From Candidatus Bathyarchaeota archaeon (lineage in GTDB: Archaea; Thermoproteota; Bathyarchaeia; Bathyarchaeales; Bathycorpusculaceae), in contig CAWABA010000006.1 of the NCBI GenBank assembly GCA_963780185.1, forward strand, positions 448,001-512,000: a stretch of DNA of 64,000 nucleotides, in the 5' to 3' direction. This document shows positions 1 through 8,624 of the stretch, piece after piece. Every line of letters begins with the position of its first letter. Position 1 is the stretch's first letter. Both the position numbers and the translations under genes were made by a program. The notes beneath the pieces were generated by a model that saw only the letters and a list, made by a program, of their open reading frames with translations, had not been told where the DNA came from and ran no database searches.

Positions 1-284
1 ATTGACTTGATAATTTTGCTTATGTCGCTTGTCCCATACTTTTTCGACACGATAACAAGCAGCGCCAGAATCACAGCGCTAACCGCAGTATCCGTGGAGA
101 ACGCCAGAACCAGAAAAGCCTGCCCCAGCCCCTGCCCCATGGCTGAGGTAAGCATGACGAAGTTAAGAGTGGCGCCAACGGCAATTAGCTCTATAGAAAT
201 AAACACTTTGATCAGTTGGCGATTAGTCAATAAGCCGTAGACGCCGAGTGACAAGATTACAATTGAGAGGATAACGAAGTCCAT
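1..284 (-). CDS. NuoK/MrpC-like membrane subunit of the hydrogenase complex (3' end runs off the window)
   Basis: Not in ORF track. Hand translation from ATG 284: MDFVILSIVILSLGVYGLLTNRQLIKVFISIELIAVGATLNF..., 3 TM helices and the conserved NuoK Glu; start overlaps the stop of the NuoJ-like gene. Confidence 0.85.
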   Translation of the reverse strand, partial: MDFVILSIVILSLGVYGLLTNRQLIKVFISIELIAVGATLNFVMLTSAMGQGLGQAFLVLAFSTDTAVSAVILALLVIVSKKYGTSDISKIIKS

Positions 285-754
285 TATGATGCACCTTTCT
301 TGCGTTTTTCATATAAGATAATGGCGATTCCAAGCGCCACGGTTAAGAGGACTAAGGCTTGCAGGACAACATCCATTCCGTTCAGGTTCCATAAAGCGTC
401 GCCGAAGCTGCTGTTGGAGACGCCGTAGGATCCGCCTGAAGCTGAAACTGAAAGGAAAATCGCAGGCAAAGATAAAACCACGCCTATGCCAAGCAGCGCC
501 GCGAGTTTTTCAGGAGACGTTTTCTTCAGAGGTTTGTCGCTTAGCATTTCACCTGACAAGAACAGGATAGCTAATGTGCCAACGCCGACGGCGAACTGAA
601 AGATAGCCGCGTATGTTGAGCCGTTTTCCGCGTAAAGCAGGGCTGTGAACAGGAAAGTTCCAGCGAACGCCGCGACGGAATAGACTACTTCATCAAGGAA
701 CAGAGCAAGACACGCAGTTATTATCAAGCCGACTGAAAGAATTTCAAGAATCAT
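284..754 (-). CDS. NuoJ-like membrane subunit
   Basis: Likely start ATG 754 (MILEILSVG, overlapping upstream TGA); hydrophobic; YAAIFQFAVGVGTLAILF resembles NuoJ TM3; operon position. Confidence 0.8.
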   Translation of the reverse strand: MILEILSVGLIITACLALFLDEVVYSVAAFAGTFLFTALLYAENGSTYAAIFQFAVGVGTLAILFLSGEMLSDKPLKKTSPEKLAALLGIGVVLSLPAIFLSVSASGGSYGVSNSSFGDALWNLNGMDVVLQALVLLTVALGIAIILYEKRKKGAS

Positions 755-1218
755 TCTTTTGGAGCCTCCTCGGGTTTTGGCTTTATGATTAAAGATTTTT
801 TGTCGGTTGTTGCCAGTTCGTAAGCGGTTGAAGAAGTTATCGCGTTTCTGGGGCAACTTTCGACACATTGATTACAGAAAATGCATTTGTTCAGGTCGAA
901 TTGTGGACGTTTTTTGCCGTCAACTTCAACGATTTCAATTGCGAATGCGGGGCAATCTCGGGCGCAAACCGTGCAATTCGTGTTTACCAACTTTTTGACG
1001 TCGAATTCGAATTGGCGTTGAGTGCCGCTGAGGTCAATCATGTTGCATGTTCTGATTGCGTAGTCGGGTTTACCTCGGTAATCGTCAGGAAGCTTGGGTT
1101 TAACGAAGGGATACTTAGTTGTCGCTGGCTTCGTGAAGATGTGCGAAACCGTCCGCTTCCACATTGGAGATAACGCACGTGTACGTGATTTCTTGGTTTT
1201 CTTTTCAGTCATTTTCAT
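751..1218 (-). CDS. NuoI-like 2x[4Fe-4S] ferredoxin subunit
   Basis: KPATTKYPF...YRG, CTVCARDCP and CIFCNQCVESCP motifs; start at ATG 1218 or GTG 1221. Confidence 0.9.
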   Translation of the reverse strand: MKMTEKKTKKSRTRALSPMWKRTVSHIFTKPATTKYPFVKPKLPDDYRGKPDYAIRTCNMIDLSGTQRQFEFDVKKLVNTNCTVCARDCPAFAIEIVEVDGKKRPQFDLNKCIFCNQCVESCPRNAITSSTAYELATTDKKSLIIKPKPEEAPKE

Positions 1219-2225
1219 CACAACAGCGGGTAAACCCATGTTATCATCGCCACGGTCAGCATGAGCGACAATATTGCTAAAGGCAGGATTATTTTCCAGT
1301 TAGCCGATAGCACTTGATCGATGCGTAGCCTTGCAAAGAGAGTTGTTATGTACTCGGAGATTATCACGACGGCTAATACTTTAAGAACGAACCATAGAGA
1401 GTACCAGAAAGCTGGCAAGCCACCGAATACAGGTCCGTATGGTCCGCCGAGGAACAATTCGACTACAAGCGCGGCGCCAAAGACGATTTGCACGTCGCGT
1501 GTCAAGTGGAGAAAGGCTAATTTTGCCCCTGTGTACTCAGTTTCTATTCCACCGACCAATTCGCTTTCTGCGTCGGGAACGTCGAAGGGGTCTTTTTCAA
1601 GTTCTGCTTGAATTGTGATTAGGAAAAGCACGAAAGCCCATGGCGCCATGATGATGAATGGCACAGCTGTGTGGACTTGGTACCCAGCTATTGCGAATAT
1701 GCCTAAGCTTCCCGCGATGAAAGCCGGGGTTAAGGCAAGTAGGAAAAGCGGTATGTCATAACCTAAAAACTGGGTCAGAACTCTTGCTGAACTGATGGTG
1801 CCGTAGGGGTTGGAGGATGCCCAGCCTGAGAGGAACAATAGGAAACTGGCGATGGTTGAGAACGTCAGGACGATGACTAAGTCGATGTTGGAGAAGGCGC
1901 CTGTGGACAGGATGCTTGCCCCGTCGACGGGTAGGAAGCACATAGCGAAAACCATCATGACGAAGGCTACCAGCGGAGCAAACTTGAAGACTATTTTTTT
2001 TGCGTTTCTTGGGTTAATCTCTTCCTTTGTCAGCAGTTTTATGAAGTCTGCCAGCGGCTGAAAGAGCCCGCCTGGACCTGCAACCATTGGGCCTACGCGG
2101 TTTTGTAGACGCGCTTCGAGTTTGCGCTCTACCCAGTCGCAGAACAAAGTTAGGAGCAGGATGAATGCGAAGCCTGGGAAAACTAGTATCCGCGCTATCA
2201 GCCAGAAGTCAATCATTGAAATCAC
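1218..2225 (-). CDS. NuoH/HycD-like membrane subunit
   Basis: ERKLEARLQNRVGP, QPLADFIKLLTKE, PFDVPDAESELVGG motifs; about 8 TM helices. Confidence 0.95.
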   Translation of the reverse strand: MISMIDFWLIARILVFPGFAFILLLTLFCDWVERKLEARLQNRVGPMVAGPGGLFQPLADFIKLLTKEEINPRNAKKIVFKFAPLVAFVMMVFAMCFLPVDGASILSTGAFSNIDLVIVLTFSTIASFLLFLSGWASSNPYGTISSARVLTQFLGYDIPLFLLALTPAFIAGSLGIFAIAGYQVHTAVPFIIMAPWAFVLFLITIQAELEKDPFDVPDAESELVGGIETEYTGAKLAFLHLTRDVQIVFGAALVVELFLGGPYGPVFGGLPAFWYSLWFVLKVLAVVIISEYITTLFARLRIDQVLSANWKIILPLAILSLMLTVAMITWVYPLL

Positions 2226-3796
2226 CTGTCAGTGCATGAGAAGCATGGGTCTAAGCTGACAAAGTTAGGGGGAACGTCAGCTATGTTCTCACCTATCGCT
2301 GTCTTGAGGAACGCTGGAATGTTAGCGTATGTTGGAGTGCGGATTTTTACTCGTTCAGGCGAAGCGGTGCCGTTGCCTTTGACATAGTAGAACAGTTCGC
2401 CTCTTGGAGCTTCCACTCGGTTGACTGCTTCACCCACGGGCACGTATCTTGACACGTCAACTCGGATTGGACCTGTCGGCAGGTGTTCCAGCGCGTACTC
2501 GATTATGTTGATGCTTTCTTCAAGTTCATCCATGCGCACGTTTTGTCTTGACCAGGTGTCGCCTGCGGTGTAAACGATTTCTTTGAATGGGATTTCGCCG
2601 TATGCTTCGTAGGGGTCGTCTTTGCGCACGTCTATGTCGTAGCCTGATCCTCTGGCTACTGGTCCGACAACACCCAGCTTTATTGCGTCTTCCCTTGAAA
2701 GTACGCCTTCGTTCTGCATTCGGGCACGTATCGAAGGCTCGTCGGTGTAAACTTTCCTGTAGAACGGCAACTTATTCCGCAGATCCACCATGACAGTTTT
2801 GATCTTGGGTATATCGGTGTCCTTGAGGTCGCGTCTCACGCCGCCTATGGTCATGAGTGAGCCGTAAACGCGGTTTCCGCTGGTTAGCTCGATTAAATCC
2901 ATGACTGGTTCTCTGTCTCTCCAGAAGTACTGGAACAAAGTTTCGTATCCGATTTCCAATCCCGCGTGTCCAAGTGTGAGCAGGTGGCTATGCAGCCTGT
3001 TAAGCTCAAGCGCTATTACCCGTAGGTATTTGGCTCTGGGCGGAACGTCTGTTTTCAGAATCTTTTCGACTGCGCCGACGAAGCCGTATGCGTGGCATGG
3101 GTTGCAGATACCGCAGACTCTTTCCACGAGGTAAATGTCTTGAATGTAGGTTCGTGTCTCAGCCGATTTCTCAATGCCTCTATGCACATAGCCGAGTCTG
3201 GGTTCAACCTTTGTTACAACTTCGCCGTCAACCGTTACTGCGAATTTTTCAGGCTCCAAAAGCGCAGGGTGCTGTGGACCGATGATGAACTTCACAATTT
3301 TCTTGTTCTCGTCAGTAATCTGTTCCGCTGGCTGCGACGGGTTAAGTTTGACTTCATTGGGGTTAACGTCTTTTCTCAGTGGGAAAATTCCTTCAGGCCA
3401 GTATTCGGAAAGGAGAAAGTGCCCTTGAAGCGGGTTGCCTTCGAAAACTACGCCGAAAAGGTCGGTGACTTCCAGTTCATGGAAGGTTGCGCCGGGTATG
3501 ATGTCGTTTATTGTTTGGATTTTGGGGTTTTCTTTAGGCACCTCGGCTTTTATGCCGAAGAATCCTTTTGCCGTGTGAATGTGATAAATTAAGCCCAGGT
3601 TGGCTCCGAGGTCTAAGCCGGTTATCGCGGTTATGCCTGTTTTTTCGTCAGCTTCCACCATGGCTTTAAGGACGTCTCTGTGCAAGCCGTTGCTGGTGCA
3701 TATGGTGGCTGTGCCGAGTAGGTCAGGTTGAATTTGCACTTTTGAGCCGAATTTCGATTCAATCAATTTAACGATGTCTACATCACTGTTTGGCAT
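2222..3796 (-). CDS. Group 4 [NiFe]-hydrogenase large subunit with fused NuoC-like domain
   Basis: N-terminal NuoC-like ELEVTDLFGVVFEGNP...FPLRKD; GPQHP, GYVHRGIEK; Ni-binding RVCGIC and terminal DPCFSCTDR. Confidence 0.95.
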   Translation of the reverse strand: MPNSDVDIVKLIESKFGSKVQIQPDLLGTATICTSNGLHRDVLKAMVEADEKTGITAITGLDLGANLGLIYHIHTAKGFFGIKAEVPKENPKIQTINDIIPGATFHELEVTDLFGVVFEGNPLQGHFLLSEYWPEGIFPLRKDVNPNEVKLNPSQPAEQITDENKKIVKFIIGPQHPALLEPEKFAVTVDGEVVTKVEPRLGYVHRGIEKSAETRTYIQDIYLVERVCGICNPCHAYGFVGAVEKILKTDVPPRAKYLRVIALELNRLHSHLLTLGHAGLEIGYETLFQYFWRDREPVMDLIELTSGNRVYGSLMTIGGVRRDLKDTDIPKIKTVMVDLRNKLPFYRKVYTDEPSIRARMQNEGVLSREDAIKLGVVGPVARGSGYDIDVRKDDPYEAYGEIPFKEIVYTAGDTWSRQNVRMDELEESINIIEYALEHLPTGPIRVDVSRYVPVGEAVNRVEAPRGELFYYVKGNGTASPERVKIRTPTYANIPAFLKTAIGENIADVPPNFVSLDPCFSCTDR

Positions 3797-4349
3797 CTGG
3801 TTTTGCCTCCATTACTTCGGGTTTAGCTTCAGGCTGAGCCACCACAACTTGCGGTTCAGCAACTGGTTTTTCCTGTTCTTTTGGGGGTTCAATTTTTTTG
3901 GGTTGCTTCGGCTTCTTTTGCCTAGGCGCGTTTAGGGCATTTAACAGTTTAACGGCTCCGTCTATGATTGCTTCTGGACGCGGTGGGCACCCCGGTATGT
4001 AAGCTGTAACTGGAATTACTTTGTCAACGCCGCCGACTACGTTGTAGTTTCCCGCAAAGACTCCGCCGCTGCATGCGCATGCTCCGATGGCGACGACGAA
4101 TTTCGGCTGCGGCATCTGGTCGTAGACCCTCTTTAGCCGTTCCGCACATTGCTGTGTAACGCAGCCTGTGACAAGAAGGACGTCGGCGTGTCTTGGTGAC
4201 GGCTCAAGTTTTATGCCGAAGCGTTCAACGTCGTATTTCGGCGTTAGTAGAGCGACGATTTCTATGTCGCATCCGTTGCAGGCGCCTGAGTTAAAATGCA
4301 AAACCCAAGGGGATTTGACTCGTGCCCAAGTTACTGTGTTAGAAGACAT
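3783..4349 (-). CDS. Hydrogenase small subunit, NuoB-like
   Basis: GACNGCDIE, SPRHADVLLVTG, GACACSGG, PGCPPRPE. Confidence 0.95.
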   Translation of the reverse strand: MSSNTVTWARVKSPWVLHFNSGACNGCDIEIVALLTPKYDVERFGIKLEPSPRHADVLLVTGCVTQQCAERLKRVYDQMPQPKFVVAIGACACSGGVFAGNYNVVGGVDKVIPVTAYIPGCPPRPEAIIDGAVKLLNALNAPRQKKPKQPKKIEPPKEQEKPVAEPQVVVAQPEAKPEVMEAKPDAKQ

Positions 4350-4679
4350 TTACTCTTTTCCTCCTTCGAGGAGAACGACTCCTGCGACAAGGATTATGCC
4401 GAGGTACAGAATCAAAAGAAGTGGGTTGGTGCTTGCCAACGCGAAAGACGCAAAGGCAAGGACTAAAACGGCTGAATCAAAAATCACAAAGTAAATCAGG
4501 TATTTGTAGAGCGACACGTTAATTCGCAGCCCGTGGAAAACTACTTTTTCTCCGCAAGCGTACGAAGCCTGCTCATTTTCACTTACTGTGGTTTTAGGCG
4601 CTGAACGTTTGCCTAGACTGTAAATTGCGTATGTGCAGATGAATATGAGTACGAAGGCGATTATGGCTTCCTCAATCAT
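4350..4679 (-). CDS. NuoA-like membrane subunit
   Basis: YACGE loop, YLIYFVIFD, 3 TM helices; first gene of the operon; ATG 4679 (alternative GTG 4694). Confidence 0.85.
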   Translation of the reverse strand: MIEEAIIAFVLIFICTYAIYSLGKRSAPKTTVSENEQASYACGEKVVFHGLRINVSLYKYLIYFVIFDSAVLVLAFASFALASTNPLLLILYLGIILVAGVVLLEGGKE

Positions 4680-5013
4680 CAAACATTTCTCCACTTTTGC
4701 TTTCTTTGATTTATTTGGGCTTGTGTAGGGACAGAGTCAAGGCTGAATATGTTGTGTCTGAAAGAAGGTCGGAGAAGAGGGCTAACGCACATGGAAGTGC
4801 CATTGGCTTGGTTGCATAGTAGTCTCCCCCACACAGTTACTAACTTCTCCCTACTACCCCGAGATAGTTCCTAATAATTGCTCTACTTACTTTTAAATAT
4901 TAAGAAACAAAAACAAAACAAACGCCATGGACAAACCGAAAGAAAAACAGCCATCACCCAGTTAAAGGCAAACCAATTCGGTCAGCAAAACCTTCATTCT
5001 GAGCCATTTTCGG

Positions 5014-5097
5014 TTGCTTGACTGTCTATTTGGCTTATCTAGATGGGCTATTTGGTTCATCTAGAAAACCGTAGGGGTAGTGGGTACGAAAAAAGAA
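5014..5097 (+). repeat. Dispersed intergenic repeat, module 1, copy A
   Basis: Reverse complement of 39420-39503 with about 8 differences by hand alignment; contains tandem CTATTTGG(C/T)T(T/C)ATCTAGA. Confidence 0.9.
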
Positions 5098-5208
5098 GAC
5101 TGCGGGTAATCTAAGCTAAGTAGTGTGCGAAGTTGTTGATGATGATGGAGTAATTTCCTTCTTTTTCCTAAAACATAACGTCTAGTAGACGCATACGAGG
5201 CAGGGGAA

Positions 5209-5246
5209 GGTCTAGTATTTGTGACCAAAACCAAGCACAAAATGAC
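5209..5246 (+). repeat. Dispersed intergenic repeat, module 2, copy A
   Basis: GGTCTAGTATTTGTG-N12-CACAAAATGAC; similar to 8208-8250, 8273-8313, 29161-29200, 39366-39404. Confidence 0.75.
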
Positions 5247-5321
5247 ACGACTTTCTCAAACGCCAATCAAAAACTGAGAGAAAATCCGACTAAAATCCAT
5301 TGTTTCCGAATTTATCTTTTC

Positions 5322-5810
5322 TTAGTCATGCATTAGGACGACTTCGCCGGGAGCAAGCCAGATGTCGCTGTAAAACTCTAAAACACGTGGACCTAAAAGC
5401 TGGTAAAGCTTCACAAAACCGATATTTCGGAAACCATTTTGGCTTAAAACGCGCAAAGCAGCGGCGTTTCGTCTTTGAGTGGAGGCAAAAACTGCTTGTG
5501 CACCGCCCTGCTTGAGACACCTTATTCCTTCAATCGTAAGCGCGTTTGCCACGCCTTTTCGCCGAAACTTCGGATGCACGGCAATCCAAAGGATGCAACC
5601 GAACTTTTCGCCGCCTATTTTGAAGTCTATAAGTTTAGCGAACCCAACCACTGATCTCTCTGCCTCACTTACAAGCACCTACCCGTTTCCTGAAATCAGG
5701 CTGTGGACGGCGAAGAAAGCAATAAACCTTGAAAAGGACAAACTTGCAATTTCTCTTAGCTTACCTGTATCGCTCTGCAGCATTTGCCTTATCAAAGGCT
5801 GGTCGGTCAA
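5322..5810 (-). pseudogene. GNAT acetyltransferase interrupted by an in-frame TAG (5679-5681)
   Basis: AVHPKFRRKGVA acetyl-CoA motif; frame upstream of the TAG stays open and reads LTDQPLIRQMLQSDTGKLREI..., a typical GNAT N-terminus. Confidence 0.75.
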
Positions 5811-5871
5811 AAAGGCGTCTCCTTTCACATTGAAATAAGTAAAGAATGTAATTTAAGGTAAAACGCTTCCG

Positions 5872-7059
5872 CTAGACTGGTGCGATTGGGGGCGGCGTGC
5901 CAGGCGTTGGAAGGGGCTGTTCGCCAGGTTTTTTGTTGCTGAAGATTAAGCTTGTTGACCGCACAATTTGGGGGACACCTGCCAAGTCTTCAAAGATTAA
6001 TAGACCTCGAGCAAGTAGGGCGAATACGCCTGCTATGGGAGCAGCTACTCCGAGGAGACCAAGGATTCCGACTATTCCGAATTCCTGCACACCTATGCCT
6101 GCTGGAGTAATCGGTATGAAAGCGAGGGCAGTTACTAATGGGTGGATCAAGAAGAACGCTAGCCACCACCACGCCGTTAATTGTGAGATTCCTAATGCGT
6201 AACCTAAAAACCACCATTCAAAACCCTTTATGATCCAGCATGCGGAAGTTAGAAAAACTATCTCCGGAATTGCTTTGCTTGTGCTGCTAGAGCTTTCTTT
6301 GTATTCCTCAAGCTTTCCTATTAAGCCGCCTGTGAACCTTTTCAGAAGTCTAGAATTTGCGATCTTGTCAAATATCGAGATGGCTCGTTTGGACCATGTG
6401 AAGGCAGCAAGAACGATAGCTCCAGTCATCATTAAACTTATTCCGAGTATTGCAGCAAGAAAGCCAATGTTTACCCCAAAAAGGCTTACATGATGAAACA
6501 CTGTATCCCATGTTGCGGGCGGCGCTACGCTTACAAGAAAAATTATGGCGCCTATTCCGCCGACTACTTTAATTATAAACTCAAATGTCTGGATACCCAG
6601 AACGCTTGAGAGGCTTTTTGATGTTGGCACGTCTTGATCTCTTAGGTAAACTGGTGTGAGGATGTAGCCTGAGCGGCCTGGTGTGACGTCGCTGGTTAGC
6701 ATGCCAGCATACTGAGCGAGCAATGTTTTGCCAAATGAGGTTTTTACTTTGTTTTTGCTCAGGACTCTTCTCAGCCGCACCGTGAATAGGAGGTTTATTC
6801 CAAAGTACATCAGAAAAGCAAGAGCCAGGAACTCAAGTTTGATGGTGAGTATAGTGTTGTAAATGTAATCCACGCCTTTGAGAATCGTCGCTTCCCCAGG
6901 GTGATAGGTGGATGGGACAGTTGTGCCTACATACCACAGCAAAGCTACCAAAATGGCAATCATAAAGATTGCTTGCAGCGAAATCTTCAGAATTTGGCGC
7001 GAACGCGACGATTTCTGCTTGGAGGCTGATTCTCTGGTTGTCAATGTGTCTTTCAACAT
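5872..7059 (-). CDS. Lysylphosphatidylglycerol-synthase TM / UPF0104 flippase-like membrane protein
   Basis: Multi-TM; SDVTPGRSG and PITPAGIGVQE family motifs. Confidence 0.85.
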   Translation of the reverse strand: MLKDTLTTRESASKQKSSRSRQILKISLQAIFMIAILVALLWYVGTTVPSTYHPGEATILKGVDYIYNTILTIKLEFLALAFLMYFGINLLFTVRLRRVLSKNKVKTSFGKTLLAQYAGMLTSDVTPGRSGYILTPVYLRDQDVPTSKSLSSVLGIQTFEFIIKVVGGIGAIIFLVSVAPPATWDTVFHHVSLFGVNIGFLAAILGISLMMTGAIVLAAFTWSKRAISIFDKIANSRLLKRFTGGLIGKLEEYKESSSSTSKAIPEIVFLTSACWIIKGFEWWFLGYALGISQLTAWWWLAFFLIHPLVTALAFIPITPAGIGVQEFGIVGILGLLGVAAPIAGVFALLARGLLIFEDLAGVPQIVRSTSLIFSNKKPGEQPLPTPGTPPPIAPV

Positions 7060-7133
7060 CTGTTTTGACTGTTAAATCTCTTGCGGGAAAAAGCCCCAAA
7101 TCAAATGTCGGCACATGGGCAGCAGCATTGCGG

Positions 7134-7313
7134 TCAGGGTCTTGCGCATTCAGCCTTTGGACGATAAGGACGCTTAGTTGTCCTCCTACGCCTATGGTAT
7201 TCGCACTCTTCTATCCGCGTAAGCATCCAGCCGTCATCGCGGTAAACGCAACCGCACGGCAACTTTACCGTTTTCCGCTCGCCAATGTCTCCCGTGCCTT
7301 TTTCAACCGTCAT
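7134..7313 (-). CDS. Small Cys/His basic protein (59 aa)
   Basis: Not in track. MTVEKGTGDIGERKTVKLPCGCVYRDDGWMLTRIEECEYHRRRRTTKRPYRPKAECARP; CxC...CxxH; AT-rich TATA-like sequence near 7355. Confidence 0.5.
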   Translation of the reverse strand: MTVEKGTGDIGERKTVKLPCGCVYRDDGWMLTRIEECEYHRRRRTTKRPYRPKAECARP

Positions 7314-7485
7314 GATTTCAGCGCCGTCCCTTTGGAGTACGCAGCCAAGATAATTTAATTTAACTGTAAAAAACCCGGGGGAAGAATCCGATTAACACTT
7401 GATATGGGCTTTAGCGCAATCGGCTATTGGAGGCATGAAAAAGCTTTTATCCTTAATTAGACCACAAAAAGCAGAGGAAAAAGCG

Positions 7486-8163
7486 ATGACTCTTGAATCA
7501 AGCAAAACCTTAGGCTTAGTCGGTGCCATTCTAACTTTAATCGGGGCATTCGGAGTTTTTGGCGTACCCTATTTGTCAATACTGTCACTGGTCGGAATCA
7601 TAATTATTCTGATTGGTTTGCGTGGTTTAGCAGATGTTTACCAAGATAAAGGAATATTCAACAACTCTCTTTACGGATTTATCGCAGGCATAATTGGAGT
7701 AGTCGTAGCAGCGGTTGTGTTGATCGCCGATGTTTTGATCAACATGAACGCCCTAAAAGCTTTCATCCAACAGATTTACCCGTCTTGGAACGGCAGCTGG
7801 TCAACGATTTCTTCACTTGCAGGCCAAACTGCTAACACATCGAACTTGGACACCAAACCACTTGTTCCATTCATAGAATTAGCGCTTTTGGCACTTGTGA
7901 TTCTGTATGTCTTCCTGATTGTTTGGGCTTTCTTCGCAAGAAAATCACTGAAAACGCTCGCGACAAAATCAAACGAAGGCTTATTCGGAACCGCTTCTCT
8001 AGTGCCGATTATAGGCGCGGCATTGACGATAATTATTGTAGGTGTCGTCATCATGTGGATTGCTGTGCTAATGATGGCTATCGCCTTCTACAGGCTTAAA
8101 CCGCAGACAGAACAACCTCCAGTAACCTACGTGACGCCTCCATCGACACCGACACCAGTCTAA
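7486..8163 (+). CDS. DUF996-family membrane protein
   Basis: MTLESSKTLGLVGAIL start, LADVYQDKGIFNN, LFGTASLV..IGAALTII pattern; Pro-rich tail. Confidence 0.8.
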   Translation: MTLESSKTLGLVGAILTLIGAFGVFGVPYLSILSLVGIIIILIGLRGLADVYQDKGIFNNSLYGFIAGIIGVVVAAVVLIADVLINMNALKAFIQQIYPSWNGSWSTISSLAGQTANTSNLDTKPLVPFIELALLALVILYVFLIVWAFFARKSLKTLATKSNEGLFGTASLVPIIGAALTIIIVGVVIMWIAVLMMAIAFYRLKPQTEQPPVTYVTPPSTPTPV

Positions 8164-8207
8164 AACCCAGAAAAAACTCTCTTTTTTTCTTTTGTCTTGT
8201 TGTTTTC

Positions 8208-8313
8208 TACCCATTTTTGTGATGAATTTTGTCACAAATAGTAGGGTACCTAGTAGGGGTTGGCTTGGGATTTACCCATTTTTACATTGGGATTTTGATG
8301 TAAATACTAGACC
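8208..8313 (-). repeat. Two tandem copies of repeat module 2 (8208-8250 and 8273-8313)
   Basis: Both start TACCCATTTTT on +; stems TTTGTGA/TCACAAA and TTTACAT/ATGTAAA; between convergent genes. Confidence 0.8.
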
Positions 8314-8624
8314 CCCTCCCCAGGGTAGGCTGTTTTAGAAAGCGCTTGAATCAGGTTGTTTTCTTGGTTTAGAGACCAAATCAGGCTTAGGAAAAATTGT
8401 TTCCCGCGGCGGTGAGGAAAAACCGCTAAAAAGTAGGCATAAATCGATTTATATCATTATAATAAAAACAATGTGTGGTGGAATCACCTGCGCCAAAACG
8501 CCCCTCTTTTACGCTTGATTTCGCTGAGTTTTGTAGCGCAACAATTACCGAATTGTTAGCAAGCGCAATTTGGGAGAATTCATAAAAAGAAAAATGTGGG
8601 GGAAAAATGGGCTGTGTTCGTGTT

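Noticed and set aside
807-3592. Numerous + strand ORFs across the hydrogenase operon and similar antisense ORFs elsewhere
   Set aside because: Antisense shadows of well-supported genes with no motifs of their own.
4851-4869. TACTAC...ATAGT in the hydrogenase leader as a third BlaI box
   Set aside because: Spacing is one base too long and the right arm is degenerate.
5014-5246. Repeats as a CRISPR array or replication-origin ORB boxes
   Set aside because: Only two tandem units without unique spacers, no cas genes, no ORB-like consensus and no orc1/cdc6.
5679-5681. In-frame TAG in the GNAT (and at 26016-26018) as pyrrolysine or amber recoding
   Set aside because: TAG is the normal stop for many intact genes here, including ileS, pirin and the BlaI gene; no pyl genes in the window; single substitutions (CAG, TGG) explain both.
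7107-7136. TGA followed by a Cys-rich stretch as selenocysteine readthrough
   Set aside because: No recognisable SECIS or Sec machinery; too short to distinguish from chance.
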